Shown here in pieces: positions 40,170 to 41,805 of a DNA stretch of 41,805 nucleotides. The stretch lies in NCBI GenBank assembly GCA_031388175.1, contig JANNEA010000188.1, forward strand, positions 1 to 41,805, written 5' to 3'. The stretch's first letter is position 1; each line of letters begins with the position of its first letter. The stretch is from Gammaproteobacteria bacterium (lineage in GTDB: Bacteria; Pseudomonadota; Gammaproteobacteria; Natronospirales; JANNEA01). The position numbers and the translations under genes are program-made. The notes beneath the pieces are model-generated. The model had not been told where the DNA came from. It made no database searches and saw only the letters and a list, made by a program, of their open reading frames with translations.

Positions 40170-41805
40170 AGAAGCAGTAGGCGTAACGACCGGCCGGGTC
40201 GTTGAACCGGGCGAGCGATTCGATCTGGCGCTGGATGTCGGTCCACCCCTGCGGGTGCGCCGAAGCGGCGAGCGCCGCGAACTGCGGCATCCGGCCCGTC
40301 GCCAGATAGCCTTGCGGCACGACCGCGCGCAGCAGGGACTGCGCCGCATCACGCCCGAACATGTCGATGAACAGACGCTCGCCGAAGCTGAGTTCGCGCG
40401 TCGTCCAGTCGAGCTTGTAGTCGCCCTCCTCGAGCCCGGATGCGGTCGCCGCGGCGACCACCGCGTCGTTGAAGCTGCCGAGGTGATCGATCAGGCCGAG
40501 CTCGTGCGCCTTGCTGCCGATCCAGACCCGGCCGCGCGCGAGCTCATCGACCTTCGCCACCGGCATGTCGCGAGCGTTCGCCACGTTGCCGATGAACTCG
40601 GCATAGCCGTGCTCGATGCTGGCCTGGACCACCGCCTTGACCTCGTCGCGCATCGGCCGGTCGGGCCGGAAGGCGTCGGAGAACGGCGTGGTGCCCACGC
40701 CATCGCTGCGGATGCCGATCTTGCCCAAGCTGTTCTCGAAGGTCGGGAACATGCCGAAGATGCCGATCGAGCCGGTGATGGTGCTGGGCGAAGCCCAGAC
40801 CTCGTCGGCCGCGAGCGAGATCCAGTAGCCGCCGGAGGCGGCCACGCCGCTCATCGACACGATCACGGGTTTGCCGTCGCCGCGCGCGAGCTCAAGCTCG
40901 CGGCGGATCTGCTCGGAGGCGTACTGGCTGCCGCCGGGGCTATCCACGCGCAGCACGATCGCCTTGACCGAATCGTCGAAGCGCGCGTCGCGCACCAGCC
41001 TGGCGGTCGAATCACCGCCGACCGAGCCCGGCGGCTGGCTGCCATCGACGATGTCGCCCGCAGCGACGATCACCGCGATCTTGTCCGAGGGTCCGGGCTT
41101 GAGCGAGCGTTCGGCGCGGATGCCGTTCAGGTACTCGCCCACGCTGACCTGCTCGAAGGAATGGCTGTCATCGTCCTCGCCGACGATTTCGATGATGCGT
41201 TCGCGGGCCTCGTTGCGGGTCACCAGCTTGTCGACCAGCTTGGCCTCGAGCGCGATGGTCGCGAGGTCGCCCTGCTTCGCCACCGCCTCGGCGGCGTAGC
41301 TCGCGACGTAGCGCGCGATCGCGTCGGGCGCAAGCTTGCGCGCCGCGATCACGTCGGTCTGGTAGTTGGTCCACATCGCGTCGAGCCATTCCTTGTTGGC
41401 CAGCTGCGCCTCAGGCGACATGTTGGTGCGGGTGAAGGGCTCGACGAAGGACTTGTACTCGCCGACCCGAAACACGTTCCAGTTCACGCCGAGCTTGTCG
41501 ATCGCCTCCTTGTAATAGAGCTGCCAGCTGCCGTAGCCGTCGAGCAACACCAGGCCCATCGGGTCCATCAGGACCTCGTCGGCGTGGGCGGCGATCAGGT
41601 ACTGCTCCTGCGAGTAGCCGCCGGCGAAGGCGATCGCCGGCTTGCCGCTCGCGCGGAAGCGGTCGACCGCGCTGGCGAGCTCCTGCAGCTTGGGCAGGCT
41701 GCCCGACCACAGGCCGTCGAGGTCGAGCACCAGCGCCTCGATGCGATCGTCGTCGCGCGCGGTGTCGATTGCGTCGATCAGTTCGCGCAGCACCGCTTCG
41801 GGTTC
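40156..41805 (-). CDS. sppA: Signal peptide peptidase SppA, 67K type (5' end outside the window)
   Basis: RVGEYKSFVEPF, LRVDSPGGS, SMSGVAASGGYWIS, TITGSIGIFG, ARGRVWIG. Confidence 0.95.
   Translation of the reverse strand, partial: EPEAVLRELIDAIDTARDDDRIEALVLDLDGLWSGSLPKLQELASAVDRFRASGKPAIAFAGGYSQEQYLIAAHADEVLMDPMGLVLLDGYGSWQLYYKEAIDKLGVNWNVFRVGEYKSFVEPFTRTNMSPEAQLANKEWLDAMWTNYQTDVIAARKLAPDAIARYVASYAAEAVAKQGDLATIALEAKLVDKLVTRNEARERIIEIVGEDDDSHSFEQVSVGEYLNGIRAERSLKPGPSDKIAVIVAAGDIVDGSQPPGSVGGDSTARLVRDARFDDSVKAIVLRVDSPGGSQYASEQIRRELELARGDGKPVIVSMSGVAASGGYWISLAADEVWASPSTITGSIGIFGMFPTFENSLGKIGIRSDGVGTTPFSDAFRPDRPMRDEVKAVVQASIEHGYAEFIGNVANARDMPVAKVDELARGRVWIGSKAHELGLIDHLGSFNDAVVAAATASGLEEGDYKLDWTTRELSFGERLFIDMFGRDAAQSLLRAVVPQGYLATGRMPQFAALAASAHPQGWTDIQRQIESLARFNDPAGRYAYCFCEPR

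Overview
A GC-rich (roughly 70%) bacterial window, probably from a gammaproteobacterium, judged from the LexA sequence and CTG-N10-CAG SOS boxes. From left to right it holds: a small DUF3545-like ORF and a TetR regulator; a lexA-imuA-imuB-dnaE2 SOS mutagenesis cassette; a PAS-GGDEF-EAL gene; and a ~16 kb divergent redox cluster. The left arm of that cluster is GlcG/HbpS-like lipoprotein, beta-barrel, decaheme-LVIVD cytochrome, c554-like cytochrome, Zn peptidase and MscS-cNMP. The right arm is FAD/NAD(P)H-2xcNMP-4Fe4S protein, 4-His membrane protein and FHA-decaheme cytochrome. Core genes follow (ialB-like, sdaA, putA, icd, GH43-like, TfoX-N, Nudix, kbl, tdh, thioesterase, M48, EamA, partial sppA). 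Most notable: (1) four short oriented cores just downstream of putA, Nudix, tdh and the thioesterase, each at the tip of a long imperfect hairpin whose far arm is an inverted, decaying copy of that gene's own 3' end, with synonymous-codon erosion in the copied part of tdh; (2) a putative cNMP/FHA-controlled trans-envelope electron conduit with about 25 c-heme motifs; (3) in-frame palindromic insertions in imuA, imuB and dnaE2; (4) many apparently leaderless genes. All calls are from manual reading, without database searches.
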